A DNA stretch of 64,000 nt. It comes from Candidatus Bathyarchaeia archaeon. GTDB lineage: Archaea; Thermoproteota; CALKCG01; B24. Every line of letters starts with the position of its first letter. Within the stretch, counting starts at the first letter, position 1. The stretch is taken from assembly GCA_038870975.1 (NCBI GenBank), contig JAVZJD010000002.1:256001-320000 (forward strand), in the 5' to 3' direction. The notes below the pieces were generated by a model, which had not been told where the DNA came from, made no database searches, and saw only the letters and a list, made by a program, of their open reading frames with translations. Made by a program: the position numbers and the translations under genes. Positions 10,364-20,206 of this stretch are shown here, in pieces.

Positions 10364-10795
10364 CTACCTGTAGCTTGTCTGATCTCTTCTTCTAGCTCCA
10401 GGTCCTCCAAACTTTTTGGGCTCTTTCCTCCTAGGGTCTCCTACGAGTAGGGACCTATTGTATGCTAATATCTGTTTCTTAAGAACGTTGCTTTTAGTCC
10501 ACTTTACAAGTGCTCTAGCTATGCCCATAGCAGTCGCTTCCGCTTGAGACATAAATCCACCTCCTTTAACATCGGCATCTATATCTACTTTACTCCACAC
10601 GTCTTTGCCTACGATCATTAGAAGTTCCGTTACTATGTTTCTAGCAGCTTCGGGCTGGAATACTTCAAGGGGAATACGGTTTATTCTGATTCTGCCATTT
10701 CCCTCCGTCAGATAGACTCTTGCTACAGCAGTTTTACGCTTCCCAACTTCTACTACGACCGGCTCGCTTTTCCTATGTTTTTCACTCATCATCAA
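10364..10795 (-). CDS. rps9: 30S ribosomal protein S9 (uS9)
   Basis: GKRKTAVAR, GGGFMSQAEA, EPKKFGGPGAR. Confidence 0.97.
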   Translation of the reverse strand: MMMSEKHRKSEPVVVEVGKRKTAVARVYLTEGNGRIRINRIPLEVFQPEAARNIVTELLMIVGKDVWSKVDIDADVKGGGFMSQAEATAMGIARALVKWTKSNVLKKQILAYNRSLLVGDPRRKEPKKFGGPGARRRDQTSYR

Positions 10796-11223
10796 ACCCT
10801 CCAGCCGATCTGTCTGGCTAGTTCGCCCAACTTAAAACGTGAACCCTTAAGTCTATCTGCTTTGGCTTCTTCAATAGACTCAGGCTTCACATCTTTAAAA
10901 GCTTCTGGTACACCGATATATACTTTGAGTCTTTTAAGCGCAGTTCTACCTTTATGCTTCTCTCTTGGAAGCATTCCTCTAACAACCATCCTGAATATGG
11001 TGTCTGGCCTACGTGGATGGTAAGGACCTTTTCTATACTTACCGACTTCGAGAAATTCCTTCCACTCCTCTAGAGAAGAGTAAAAGTCTCCTGACACTAC
11101 GATGTTTTCAGCATTCACAACGGCGATTTTCTCTCCCTTTAGAAGTCTTTTAGCTACAACGCTGGCGAGCCTACCCATTATATGGTTTGACCCGTCTATA
11201 ACGGTAAAATCATCGGTAGGCAT
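10792..11223 (-). CDS. rpl13: 50S ribosomal protein L13 (uL13)
   Basis: GRLASVVAK, VRGMLP, LKVYIG. Confidence 0.97.
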   Translation of the reverse strand: MPTDDFTVIDGSNHIMGRLASVVAKRLLKGEKIAVVNAENIVVSGDFYSSLEEWKEFLEVGKYRKGPYHPRRPDTIFRMVVRGMLPREKHKGRTALKRLKVYIGVPEAFKDVKPESIEEAKADRLKGSRFKLGELARQIGWRV

Positions 11224-11229
11224 ATACGA

Positions 11230-11586
11230 TCACTCTATTATCTTGATACGTGATCCTTCAGGGTTTAGTTCTGCGAGTTCAGCTATAGATAAGCATTTAC
11301 ATTCAGCTTTCATAAGCTTAGCTTTAGCTGTCTTGGAAAAACTTAATGCGGCTACGGTAATACGATGTGATATTTCGCCTAAACCGAGGATTTTGCCTGG
11401 AACTACGACAACTTCACCATCAGAAGTATACTTTGAAAGCTTTGATAGGTTAACCTCTGCCATAAGCCTCCTAGGCCTTTTAAGCCTTTCCGCGATGTCA
11501 GACCAAAAATTAGACTTACGCCCGAGTATTTGGAGAAACTTGATGGTGTTTATCAATGCTGGGTTAGATTTGCTACGTCTAACCAT
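11230..11586 (-). CDS. rpl18e: 50S ribosomal protein L18e (eL18)
   Basis: EVNLSKL, VVVPGKILG, AALSFS. Confidence 0.95.
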   Translation of the reverse strand: MVRRSKSNPALINTIKFLQILGRKSNFWSDIAERLKRPRRLMAEVNLSKLSKYTSDGEVVVVPGKILGLGEISHRITVAALSFSKTAKAKLMKAECKCLSIAELAELNPEGSRIKIIE

Positions 11587-11588
11587 GA

Positions 11589-12410
11589 CTAAACAACCCC
11601 TATTTCACTTAACTGTTTCAGAAAAGTCTCACTCTTTGTCATAAGAATTTTACACGCTTCAGATAAAACCCTCCAAGCGGGGAGGGAGCCAGTAGTTTCT
11701 AAAAAGAATATAAGTGAGTTTTTATCGAAGTCAACCTTAATTGCATTTTGAGCACACTTGTCAATACATTCATTACATAAATCGCATTTGATCGGATCTT
11801 TTACACTCGCTTTACCGTTTTTTAGGGTAAGCACATCCCTATGACATACATTTACACATGAACTGCATCCTGTACACTTAGAGCCATCTATTGAAATAAT
11901 CGGATAATACTTGTATGTACATCTAACCACTGGGGACCATTTAGCGTGTTTAGTGGCTTTCCCAAGCCTAGCGTAGGCTTCAAGTTTAATCTTCTGACCG
12001 GGAGCGAGTTTAACGATTGGAATTTTATCGTTCACGGGTTTTACCTCAGGGTTAGACTCATGAGGCTTAAGATCCCCAGAGTAAACGACGGTTACACCGT
12101 CTTCTTTTCCCTCAACATCCAAAACCAACACGGCAGAACACTTATTGCAACCCGTTTCGGTTCCACATCCACATTCTTCGGGGAGCAAGTAGCTGTCTAA
12201 GTCTGTTCTTAAAGGTATTAAGCCGAGCCTGTGGGCTAAGACTTCATCGTACATGACTGAGGTATTCTCGATTATATATACGTCGTCTATAGCCATCACT
12301 GGGACCTCAGCTATCATTGTTCTTCTTAAGGAGTTCATAAACCTTGGAGAAACGCCTTTAACTATGAAGTGTACTTCATTATAGTTCTTCTTTAAAATCT
12401 CTATCTGCAA
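11589..12410 (-). CDS. rpoD: RNA polymerase subunit D (Rpo3) with two-cluster ferredoxin-like domain
   Basis: NSLRR, NTSVMYDEVLAHRLGLIP, HAKWSP, two CxxCxxCxxxC; TTG 12410 after SD preferred to ATG 12443. Confidence 0.96.
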   Translation of the reverse strand: MQIEILKKNYNEVHFIVKGVSPRFMNSLRRTMIAEVPVMAIDDVYIIENTSVMYDEVLAHRLGLIPLRTDLDSYLLPEECGCGTETGCNKCSAVLVLDVEGKEDGVTVVYSGDLKPHESNPEVKPVNDKIPIVKLAPGQKIKLEAYARLGKATKHAKWSPVVRCTYKYYPIISIDGSKCTGCSSCVNVCHRDVLTLKNGKASVKDPIKCDLCNECIDKCAQNAIKVDFDKNSLIFFLETTGSLPAWRVLSEACKILMTKSETFLKQLSEIGVV

Positions 12411-12451
12411 TACACCGTCCTCCGACTTATAGGAGAGTAACATGAGCTTCC

Positions 12452-12491
12452 ATATAATCTTTACTTTAGCTTGGGAGGAAGAATCTTTAAA
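12452..12491. promoter_or_regulatory. Divergent TATA-like boxes for rpoD (TTATAT, minus, 12457-12452) and rps11 (TTTAAA, 12486-12491)
   Basis: Each preceded by purine-rich BRE-like bases and at plausible distance from its gene. Confidence 0.55.
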
Positions 12492-12520
12492 TTGGAGTTT
12501 GTAGCATAGCTAAGCTAGCT

Positions 12521-12943
12521 ATGTCTGAAGAAGCTAAGAGTGAAATTAAGAGTAGTAGAGAGGAAAGGTGGGGTATTGCCCACATCTACAGTTCATCTAA
12601 TAATACCATAGTTCATATTACAGATTTAACAGGAGCTGAAACAATAGCCTTATGTTCAGGTGGTATGTTTGTTGACGCCGATAGACTTCAAGGTTCTCCT
12701 TATGCGGCTATGCAGGCGGCCTCAGCCGCGGCTGAAATCGCCAAGGAAAAAGGTATAACAGCACTCCATATAAAGGTCAGGGCACCTGGAGGTATTAAGT
12801 CTAAAGTTCCTGGGCCTGGAGCTATGCATGCCATAAGAATACTTGCTAGAGCTGGTTTTAAAATAGGTAGAGTTGATGATGTTACGCCGATTCCACATGA
12901 TGGGTGTAGGAGGAAAGGAGGACGTAGAGGGAGAAGACCGTAA
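12521..12943 (+). CDS. rps11: 30S ribosomal protein S11 (uS11), inverted relative to neighbours
   Basis: [35 protein letters not shown]. Confidence 0.98.
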   Translation: MSEEAKSEIKSSREERWGIAHIYSSSNNTIVHITDLTGAETIALCSGGMFVDADRLQGSPYAAMQAASAAAEIAKEKGITALHIKVRAPGGIKSKVPGPGAMHAIRILARAGFKIGRVDDVTPIPHDGCRRKGGRRGRRP

Positions 12944-12952
12944 AGTTGCTGT

Positions 12953-13525
12953 TTAAGGAGAATCAAGCTCTCTTGAAACTTCTTCCATCTTACTCGTCAT
13001 ATGTACTGCTTCTATCGATATTCTAACTGGGTGTTTAGGGTTATTGAATGGACTGTCTGGGGAATAATGTATTGTGTTTTCTTCTCCGGCTTTCACGATG
13101 TAAGATGGGACTCTAACTGTTCTCCCGTTCACTGTTATATGCCCATGCACTATGAACTGTCGAGCTTGATGAATAGATTTTGCTAAGCCGAGCTTATAAA
13201 CAAACGTTTGAAGTCTTCGGTTTAAAATGTCTTCGAGTGTTAGTTCCAATACGTGGTCTAACGTGGCTGATTCTGAAAGTAGACCTATACGTCTGAGCTT
13301 ATTTAAAAGTGTTGTTTCGGCTTTAACTCTAACCTCTTGTGGTTGGGCTAAAAGACTTCTGGCTATGGCTCTTATGCGTGAAAGTTGAGTTTTATGTCTC
13401 CAAAGTTCACGCTTATTTCTAAGTCCGTATTCACCTAGATAGCGTAGTTCGAGTTGGAGTGTTTGTATATCCCAAGGCTTTCTGGGGGTTTCATACTTTT
13501 TCCTCTGCCTCTTTGGGTCACCCAA
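12953..13525 (-). CDS. rps4: 30S ribosomal protein S4 (uS4)
   Basis: MGDPKRQRKKY, YGLRNKRE, RRLQT, ARQFIVHGHI. Confidence 0.97.
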   Translation of the reverse strand: MGDPKRQRKKYETPRKPWDIQTLQLELRYLGEYGLRNKRELWRHKTQLSRIRAIARSLLAQPQEVRVKAETTLLNKLRRIGLLSESATLDHVLELTLEDILNRRLQTFVYKLGLAKSIHQARQFIVHGHITVNGRTVRVPSYIVKAGEENTIHYSPDSPFNNPKHPVRISIEAVHMTSKMEEVSRELDSP

Positions 13526-13536
13526 ATTTTACACCT

Positions 13537-13992
13537 CTACTTAGCAACTTTTTTCCTCTGAACACCCACGGTTCTTCCAGTTCTACCAGTTGTTCTAGTC
13601 TTCTGACCTCTGACCTTTAAACCTAAACTGTGTCTCCAACCTTTCCAGGAGCGTATGCTCTTCATAAAATCGATATCCTGCTTAACTCTAAGCTCTAAAT
13701 CAGGTCCTATTAGGTGTATATCCTTACCTGTTTCAAGGTCTTTACGTCTATTAAACATCCAACTTGGAATATTAAATTTCCAAGGTTCCCTTAGGGCAAC
13801 TTCTATCCTCTTAAGCTCTTCATCCGACAATTCACCCATACGCTTATTGGGATCTAAGTTTAGACTTCTAGCTATAGCCCAGCCGAGTGTGATACCTACA
13901 CCTTTGATCTTTCTAAGGGCATAGGGAACCTTCTTAAAGCCATCTAAGTCCGTATCCATCAATCGCACTATGTATCTAAATCCTTCGCTCAA
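13537..13992 (-). CDS. rps13: 30S ribosomal protein S13 (uS13)
   Basis: IKGVG, WMFNRRKD, GLKVRGQKTRTTGR. Confidence 0.97.
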   Translation of the reverse strand: MSEGFRYIVRLMDTDLDGFKKVPYALRKIKGVGITLGWAIARSLNLDPNKRMGELSDEELKRIEVALREPWKFNIPSWMFNRRKDLETGKDIHLIGPDLELRVKQDIDFMKSIRSWKGWRHSLGLKVRGQKTRTTGRTGRTVGVQRKKVAK

Positions 13993-14063
13993 ATTTTACA
14001 CCATGTATAGGAAACGAGTACTTAAACCGCTATATAAGCTTATTTTTATCGTTTAAGCTTAGC

Positions 14064-14170
14064 CTATTTATGCTTTATGAAAGCATTATATCGTTGAATG
14101 CCGCCACGTATTTGAAGCCAACTTCAACAAGCTTAAAAGCTTCATCCACCGTTAAAGCCGTTTTACAATA
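14064..14170 (-). pseudogene. Remnant resembling the C-terminal tail of archaeal tyrosine recombinases/integrases
   Basis: YCKTALTVDEAFKLVEVGFKYVAAFNDIML, then LFIKHK* with a 1-nt correction; no upstream catalytic domain. Confidence 0.5.
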
Positions 14171-14184
14171 AACCCTGCGTATGT

Positions 14185-14275
14185 GTAGACACTTCACGCT
14201 GAAGCGTCAAAGGAGAACTTCCATAACCTTTCATGGCTCAGGTCTATATTTTCTCCATCTAATTTCCATAGATTT
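14185..14275. repeat. Dispersed degenerate repeat, copy A (copy B at 51704-51794)
   Basis: Ungapped 68/91 identity by manual alignment, including 26 identical nt TTTCTCCATCTAATTTCCATAGATTT. Confidence 0.85.
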
Positions 14276-14466
14276 TTCATGTATTTTCGAGTAGACCCCC
14301 CCTTCTAGCTCTTCAACCCTCGCCTCTTTCTCGTTGAGTTGGGCAATGAAGAGTCGAATTGTGGTTTAATCCACGATTAAAGATTTATACTTTTCAAGTT
14401 CATGGCTTCTCGGATTTCATCTGATAGTCCTTTTCAAACCATATGGAAAAATTGGGGAGCTTCACT

Positions 14467-16923
14467 TTACCACTTTAAAAAGCCGTATTCTAAGATTGAT
14501 TTAAATTCTTCTATTGTGAGGTCTCTCGGGGTTTCTACGAGTATTTCGGCTTCACTGTTTGGAGGGATGCTTAAGTAGTTGTCGTTGTATTTCGCGTCGA
14601 CGTTTCTAAGCTTGATGTAGACTCCGTAGGCGTAGTTTTTAACGGTTAGGCTTACTTTAAACCTCCTCATGTCAAGTTTTTCAACTCTGATGTTTAACAT
14701 CGGGTCTGGAAGCTCTACGTGTTTAAATTCTCCGATTAAAACGTCGTTAACAGCTTTACCGCCGTCAAACGTGAACTCCGCAACTGCTACAGCCCCTTTA
14801 AAGCTTTCAACGTCCAAGACTAGGCATTCCTTGGCAGAATTTCCCTTTATGTCTAGGTTCTCAATAGTTTTACTGAGTAACAATTCGCCTGTGAGTTTTT
14901 GAACTGTGAGTTTTAAAACCCCTTTTATCCGTTGAAGTGTGTCGTTTACCACGGAGATTTGAAGACTTCGCCCCCTCAAGTTTAACGCCACGTAGACGGA
15001 GTTGAAAGCCCTTTTAACGTAGTAGTAGGCGGGCTTAGGTCTAAAGTAGTAGTCTATGAGACTCCAGCTTACAACGGGCCAGCAGTCGTTGATCTGCCAT
15101 ATGAGGCAACCGCTGGTCTTAAACATTCTACTTCTCCAGTGGGAGATGGCTGTTTTCAAAGCTTCAGCTTGATTAAGCTGTGTTAGGTAGATGAATTTCC
15201 GAAGGTCTTCAGGGACTCTAAAATGAGCCGCTAGAAACCTGTAGAGTCTCTCAGTCCCCTCGTACATTTTATTATGCCACTCCATAACCTGGCTTTGAGC
15301 CCATCTATCCTCCTCAGCTGTAAACGATTCAACAGTCTCCATGACAGGCGGGGCTTGAAAGCCGAATTCGCTGATAAACCTACCGTTATCCCAGAGATAG
15401 AACCTCCAGTCCCTCCATCCGCTCCATATATCCCAGCTGTGTCTATCGCCTTCTCTGGGACTATTAGGGTCTTCCCCTCCGTATGGGCTACTGGGCCAGT
15501 ACGGTCTAGTTGGGTCTAATCGCTTGACAATCTCAGGAATGACTTTATGGTAGATCTTTTCACCGTAGAATCTATCTCTCACCCACCATTTGGCTTTAAA
15601 ACCCCAGTCGTTCTCGTTGTTTCCACACCATAAAACTATAGACGGGTGGCTTCTAAGCCTCTTAACATTCTCTTCAACTTCTCTCTCAACAGAGGCTATG
15701 AAGAAGTCTTCCTCAGGATACTCTCCACATGCGAACATGAAGTCCTGCCAAACCATTATACCGAGTTCATCGCATAAGTCGTAGAAGTCGTCGTTTTCAT
15801 ATATTCCACCGCCCCATACTCTAAGCATATTCATATTCGCTTCTGAAGCCGCCTCTAGAAGTCTTCTATAGACCTCCCTATTCACTCTAGGTAGAAGACT
15901 ATCCGCTGGAATCCAATTAGCGCCTTTACAGAAAACAGGTATACCGTTGATTCTGAATATGAAGCACTCCCCCTCTTCATCACTAGACCTCTGAAGCTCG
16001 ATACATCTGACGCCGAATCTAACCTTAAGACTGTCTAAGACATTCATACCGCTTAGAAGGGTTGTATTAAGCGTGTATAAGTGTTGAGCACCGTATCCTC
16101 TCGGATACCAAAGCTTAGGCTTTCCTATTTTAAGCTCAGAGCTGAAAACGTTTAAACCTTCCCCCGCTAATCCTTCTACGCTCGCCTCAACATCCTCCCC
16201 CTCCAATCTAAACAATAGTTTAACACGGCATGGTTTAACACAGTATACTTCAGCTTCAACTTTGACTAAGGCTTCTTCATCTGAAACCTTCATAGGGAGC
16301 GCTGAAACATATCCTAATCTGGCTTCATCATACGCTAGAAGTTCTACGCTTTTCCATATGCCGACTGTTGGTAATCTCGGACCCCAATCCCATCCAAACG
16401 AGTACTGCGCCTTCCGACCGTAGACTCTAGCATTGTAGAATGCAGCCCATAGTCTTCCATATTTAGACTCCAACGTCTCCATAACCTTCGACGGAGATTT
16501 AAATCTAACGAGTAATGTGTTCTTCCCTGGTTTTATCAGCCCGTTGACTTTAAACCTCCAAGGGTGAAACATATTGTCGGCTTCACAGAGCTTTACACCG
16601 TTAAGCCAAACCTCAGCGTAAGTATCTAAACCCTGGAAGATAAGTTCTAGACCGCTTTTACCAGCTATTTCACTTGAAGCATCGAACTCCTTAACATACA
16701 GCCAATCTTTCTCCTCAATCCACGAGACTTCAATCTCATTCATCCTGTAAAATGGGTCTGGAATCACACCATTTCTCATAAGGTCTAAGTGGACTACACC
16801 TGGAACTTCACCCCTCATCCAGCCTTCAGCACTCAGATCAATCCTTGAAACATCAACGTATTCGTTAAAATCCAACCCTTTGAAAAACCAGACACCGTTA
16901 AGTGGAATTCTTACGATAGACAT
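14467..16923 (-). CDS. Beta-mannosidase, glycoside hydrolase family 2
   Basis: GLDT, RKAQYSFGWDWGP, KGANWIP, RVWGGG, WCGNNE, FISEFG, WQINDCWP; no signal peptide. Confidence 0.93.
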   Translation of the reverse strand: MSIVRIPLNGVWFFKGLDFNEYVDVSRIDLSAEGWMRGEVPGVVHLDLMRNGVIPDPFYRMNEIEVSWIEEKDWLYVKEFDASSEIAGKSGLELIFQGLDTYAEVWLNGVKLCEADNMFHPWRFKVNGLIKPGKNTLLVRFKSPSKVMETLESKYGRLWAAFYNARVYGRKAQYSFGWDWGPRLPTVGIWKSVELLAYDEARLGYVSALPMKVSDEEALVKVEAEVYCVKPCRVKLLFRLEGEDVEASVEGLAGEGLNVFSSELKIGKPKLWYPRGYGAQHLYTLNTTLLSGMNVLDSLKVRFGVRCIELQRSSDEEGECFIFRINGIPVFCKGANWIPADSLLPRVNREVYRRLLEAASEANMNMLRVWGGGIYENDDFYDLCDELGIMVWQDFMFACGEYPEEDFFIASVEREVEENVKRLRSHPSIVLWCGNNENDWGFKAKWWVRDRFYGEKIYHKVIPEIVKRLDPTRPYWPSSPYGGEDPNSPREGDRHSWDIWSGWRDWRFYLWDNGRFISEFGFQAPPVMETVESFTAEEDRWAQSQVMEWHNKMYEGTERLYRFLAAHFRVPEDLRKFIYLTQLNQAEALKTAISHWRSRMFKTSGCLIWQINDCWPVVSWSLIDYYFRPKPAYYYVKRAFNSVYVALNLRGRSLQISVVNDTLQRIKGVLKLTVQKLTGELLLSKTIENLDIKGNSAKECLVLDVESFKGAVAVAEFTFDGGKAVNDVLIGEFKHVELPDPMLNIRVEKLDMRRFKVSLTVKNYAYGVYIKLRNVDAKYNDNYLSIPPNSEAEILVETPRDLTIEEFKSILEYGFLKW

Positions 16924-16986
16924 ACGCTATATGATAAGATTAAACCGAATTTAAACATAACCACTCCGTATCTACGTAGCCTCTGA

Positions 16987-17006
16987 AAGCATGAGGCAAC
17001 ATGCTT
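16987..17006. promoter_or_regulatory. Inverted repeat AAGCATG-N6-CATGCTT, candidate operator
   Basis: Perfect 7-bp arms between divergent GH2 and oxidoreductase genes. Confidence 0.3.
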
Positions 17007-17125
17007 AGGAGATGTGTCTGCGACCATTTCGCTTATTGGTTAGTACTCTAGAGGATGCCATTATAAATCATGAGTTGAAGCTTAGTTTTAAACGTCTCTA
17101 CTGCTATATGATTTGAGGTGGTAAG

Positions 17126-18160
17126 TTGGATAGGATTAGAGTAGGATTCGTAGGGTGTGGTTCCCATTCCACGGAAAACCTATACCCGTGTTTAAGGTAT
17201 TTCGCAGATAAAGTGGAGCTTGTAGCAACCTGCGATATAGATGTTGGAAAAGCAGAGAAAAACGCTAGACTATTCGGATTCAGTAAGTGGTATAGAGATT
17301 ATAGGCAGATGATTGAGAAGGAGGACTTAGACGGGGTTTTCATAGTCGGCCATCCGAATATGCACTACGAGGTTGGGCTTGAATGTCTGAAGTCTGGAAT
17401 CCACGTATTCGTAGAGAAGCCTCCGGCGTTAAACTCGGATCAAGCGTACAGGCTTTTAGAGACATCTAGAGAATACGGTAGGTTTATAATGGTTGCTTTC
17501 ATGAAGAGGTTTTCAGTAGGCTATAGGCTTGCTAAAACCATTATAAGTAGATTGGAGCAGGGTAGGGTTGTCCATATATCGACTAAATTCGCCAACGGAC
17601 CGTACGGGTCAGTGTGGGGTATAGAGCCTCCGGCTAGAGCCTATCTGATAGGTCAGGCTGTCCACCATTTCGACCTCCTAAGATTCCTAGTGGGGGATGT
17701 TGAAGAAGTCTACAGTAAACTCTATACTTTAGCCGATTCTAAGTTCTCATTCTCAATACTTGTGACTTTTGAAAACGGTGTAACCGGTGTTATGAACCTC
17801 AATTCGTGTCAGTCTTGGTCTAAGATCGATGAGTACGTAGAAGTTACATGCGATGAATCGTTCATATTCATCGACGATATGGCTTCACAAGTCAAGTACT
17901 ATCCAAGGGGGTTATGGGTTGAAACAGAGGGCTTTAAAGCCGAAAATCAAGGATACTTTTGGGAGGTTAACCACCTACCCACCGTAGAATATCAGAGTAG
18001 GTATCTCAGAGGATATTATGGGGAGATTGAGCACTTTATAGACTCTATTCTGAGGAATAGACCTCCAAAGCCAGACATAGAGGACGGATTTAAGGCTCTC
18101 AGACTAGCTGAAGCCGTATGGAGAAGTGTTTGCGAAGGGAGGGTTATAAAACTTCAGTAA
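17126..18160 (+). CDS. Gfo/Idh/MocA family oxidoreductase
   Basis: GFVGCG, HVFVEKP, AFMKRF, VHHFD. Confidence 0.9.
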   Translation: MDRIRVGFVGCGSHSTENLYPCLRYFADKVELVATCDIDVGKAEKNARLFGFSKWYRDYRQMIEKEDLDGVFIVGHPNMHYEVGLECLKSGIHVFVEKPPALNSDQAYRLLETSREYGRFIMVAFMKRFSVGYRLAKTIISRLEQGRVVHISTKFANGPYGSVWGIEPPARAYLIGQAVHHFDLLRFLVGDVEEVYSKLYTLADSKFSFSILVTFENGVTGVMNLNSCQSWSKIDEYVEVTCDESFIFIDDMASQVKYYPRGLWVETEGFKAENQGYFWEVNHLPTVEYQSRYLRGYYGEIEHFIDSILRNRPPKPDIEDGFKALRLAEAVWRSVCEGRVIKLQ

Positions 18161-18203
18161 CCACCTCAATTATTTAAAGGGCGGAGGATGCGGATATATT
18201 TAG

Positions 18204-18731
18204 GTGTCTGACTTGGTTTATGTAATAGTAGTCTGTGAAAGAGGTGAGGACTTCGTAGTTTTAAGGGAGATCAGCGATTTAGGAGAGTTTAAAGAAACGG
18301 GCTTTAGAGATGTTTTACAAGGTCAAGTCGAAGATTTAGAGGCGTTTCTAGAAGAACTCACCAAGAGGCGGCTTACAGCCGTAAGCCGCGTGATCCCGGT
18401 GGAGGAATTCTTCAAGTTTAAACCCGAGGATCTTCTGGAAATATTGAAGGAGAGAGTTAGAAGGCTAGTGGATAGAATTGGGGAGGGTGAAAGCTTCTGC
18501 GTGAGGGTTGAACGTAGAGGTTTCAAAGGAGCGGTTTCAAGTAGCGAATTGGAGAGAGAATTAGGAGGATATGTATGGCAGTTTTTAAAAGATAAGTATG
18601 GGAAGCCTCCAAAGGTGGATTTAACAAACCCAGACAAATTGATATCTATTCAAACAATAGGTGGATTATGTGGAATAGCTTTAGTGGATCGGAAGCTTAG
18701 AGAGAAATACCCCTTTGTTAGAGTCAAGTAG
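18204..18731 (+). CDS. Stand-alone THUMP-domain RNA-binding protein
   Basis: ESFCVRVERRG, ERELG, KVDLTNPDKLISIQ. Confidence 0.8.
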   Translation: MSDLVYVIVVCERGEDFVVLREISDLGEFKETGFRDVLQGQVEDLEAFLEELTKRRLTAVSRVIPVEEFFKFKPEDLLEILKERVRRLVDRIGEGESFCVRVERRGFKGAVSSSELERELGGYVWQFLKDKYGKPPKVDLTNPDKLISIQTIGGLCGIALVDRKLREKYPFVRVK

Positions 18732-18810
18732 AGAAGACTAATTCTTCATTAGAAGCTCAACATTTCACCCGAAGCGAATAACCTAAAAGATTGAGAAAAT
18801 AAAAGTGCGT

Positions 18811-19299
18811 TCAAAGCTTATAACCTATCTTCCTTAGAAACTCCTTCCTTTCTTCAACATCCTTCTCTTCTTCAACACCTTTCGTTCTAAAACCATCTAT
18901 AACACCTAGTATCCCCCTACCTTGATCTGTTTCGGCCACTACCACCTGTAAAGGATTGGCTGTAGCTGCTATTACTCTACAGACTTCTGGAACTTGTTTA
19001 ATGGAATTCAACACGTTTATCGGATATGCGTCTCTGAGATACACTATGAAAACGTGTCCACAACCTAACTTCAAGGCATTACATATTGCAAGCTTCTTCA
19101 ACTCATTGTCATTACCACTCGCTCTAACAAGACATGGTCCACTGGCTTCGTTGAAAGCCAATCCGAATTTCACAGTGGGAGCTGAGTTGACTAGAGCTTC
19201 ATGTAAATCTTCAACGGTCTTTATGAAGTGGGCCTGCCCAATTATAACATTCACACCCTTGGGTACGTCTAATTGTACGACTTCCATCTTAAACTCCAA
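18811..19299 (-). CDS. Adenosine-specific kinase family (DUF355) protein
   Basis: [32 protein letters not shown]. Confidence 0.85.
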   Translation of the reverse strand: MEFKMEVVQLDVPKGVNVIIGQAHFIKTVEDLHEALVNSAPTVKFGLAFNEASGPCLVRASGNDNELKKLAICNALKLGCGHVFIVYLRDAYPINVLNSIKQVPEVCRVIAATANPLQVVVAETDQGRGILGVIDGFRTKGVEEEKDVEERKEFLRKIGYKL

Positions 19300-19465
19300 A
19301 ATCGACCACCTCTACCAGATCATTCTTCTCAAAGATAGGGTATTTAAAATTGCTTAGGGACTGAAGGGGAAATACATGCATACGGATGATGTAATGCATC
19401 TATACTCAGGATAAGCTTAAAAAGCACTTATGTTTAGAGTTCTCCGAGTTTACTAGGCGGTATTT

Positions 19466-20155
19466 TTGGATTTCAAACTTAAGCTACTATCGATACTGTT
19501 GATAGTGATAATCATAGGGCTAGGCATAAGAATAGCCTATAGAAGTATTGAGAGATTTCTGATCTACGGTTCTCCAATCTATAAAGGATTCAGCATTTTC
19601 ACGCTGTGTTTCATAGGAAGTGCTTCGCCCGTAGTTCCAATACCTTATACAGCTATCATCTTAATGTTGGCTGCATCCATTCCAGATCTTAATCTAGTTG
19701 AGGTTGCAGTATGGGGAGGCTTAGGCTCTGGGCTGGGGCAAACTACAAGCTGGATCGTAGGAAAGTACTTGGGTAAAAGTGTTAAATCGCCTAAGTATGA
19801 AAGAAGGCTTAAAATCATATCAGCTTTGACTAAGAAATATAGTTTAATTGTCTTTTTCACAACGTTTCTGTTTGCGCTGACACCTCTGCCTGACAGTATT
19901 CTATTTATAATTTTGGGAGCTATAGACTACAGCCTGGTATACATTCTAGTACCAGCCGTATTAGGAAAGACTGCTATGATCTACATCATCGGATTATTCG
20001 GTAAAATCGTGGGCGAACGGCTACCTTTCTGGTTTTCACTTCTTCTTACAATACTTCTCACAGTTGTATTCATAGCAGGTGTCGAACTTGTAGATTGGGA
20101 AAGGTTGGCTAAGTACCTTAAAACTCCACCACCTAAGGTAGATGGTAAGGGCTAG
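19466..20155 (+). CDS. DedA/VTT-family membrane protein
   Basis: Multiple TM segments, PIPY, GGLGSGLG, FALTPLPD. Confidence 0.7.
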   Translation: MDFKLKLLSILLIVIIIGLGIRIAYRSIERFLIYGSPIYKGFSIFTLCFIGSASPVVPIPYTAIILMLAASIPDLNLVEVAVWGGLGSGLGQTTSWIVGKYLGKSVKSPKYERRLKIISALTKKYSLIVFFTTFLFALTPLPDSILFIILGAIDYSLVYILVPAVLGKTAMIYIIGLFGKIVGERLPFWFSLLLTILLTVVFIAGVELVDWERLAKYLKTPPPKVDGKG

Positions 20156-20206
20156 ATCGCTGTGAAGATGTAGAAACTAATCCTCATGGATTTCATAAAG
20201 GGTAGG

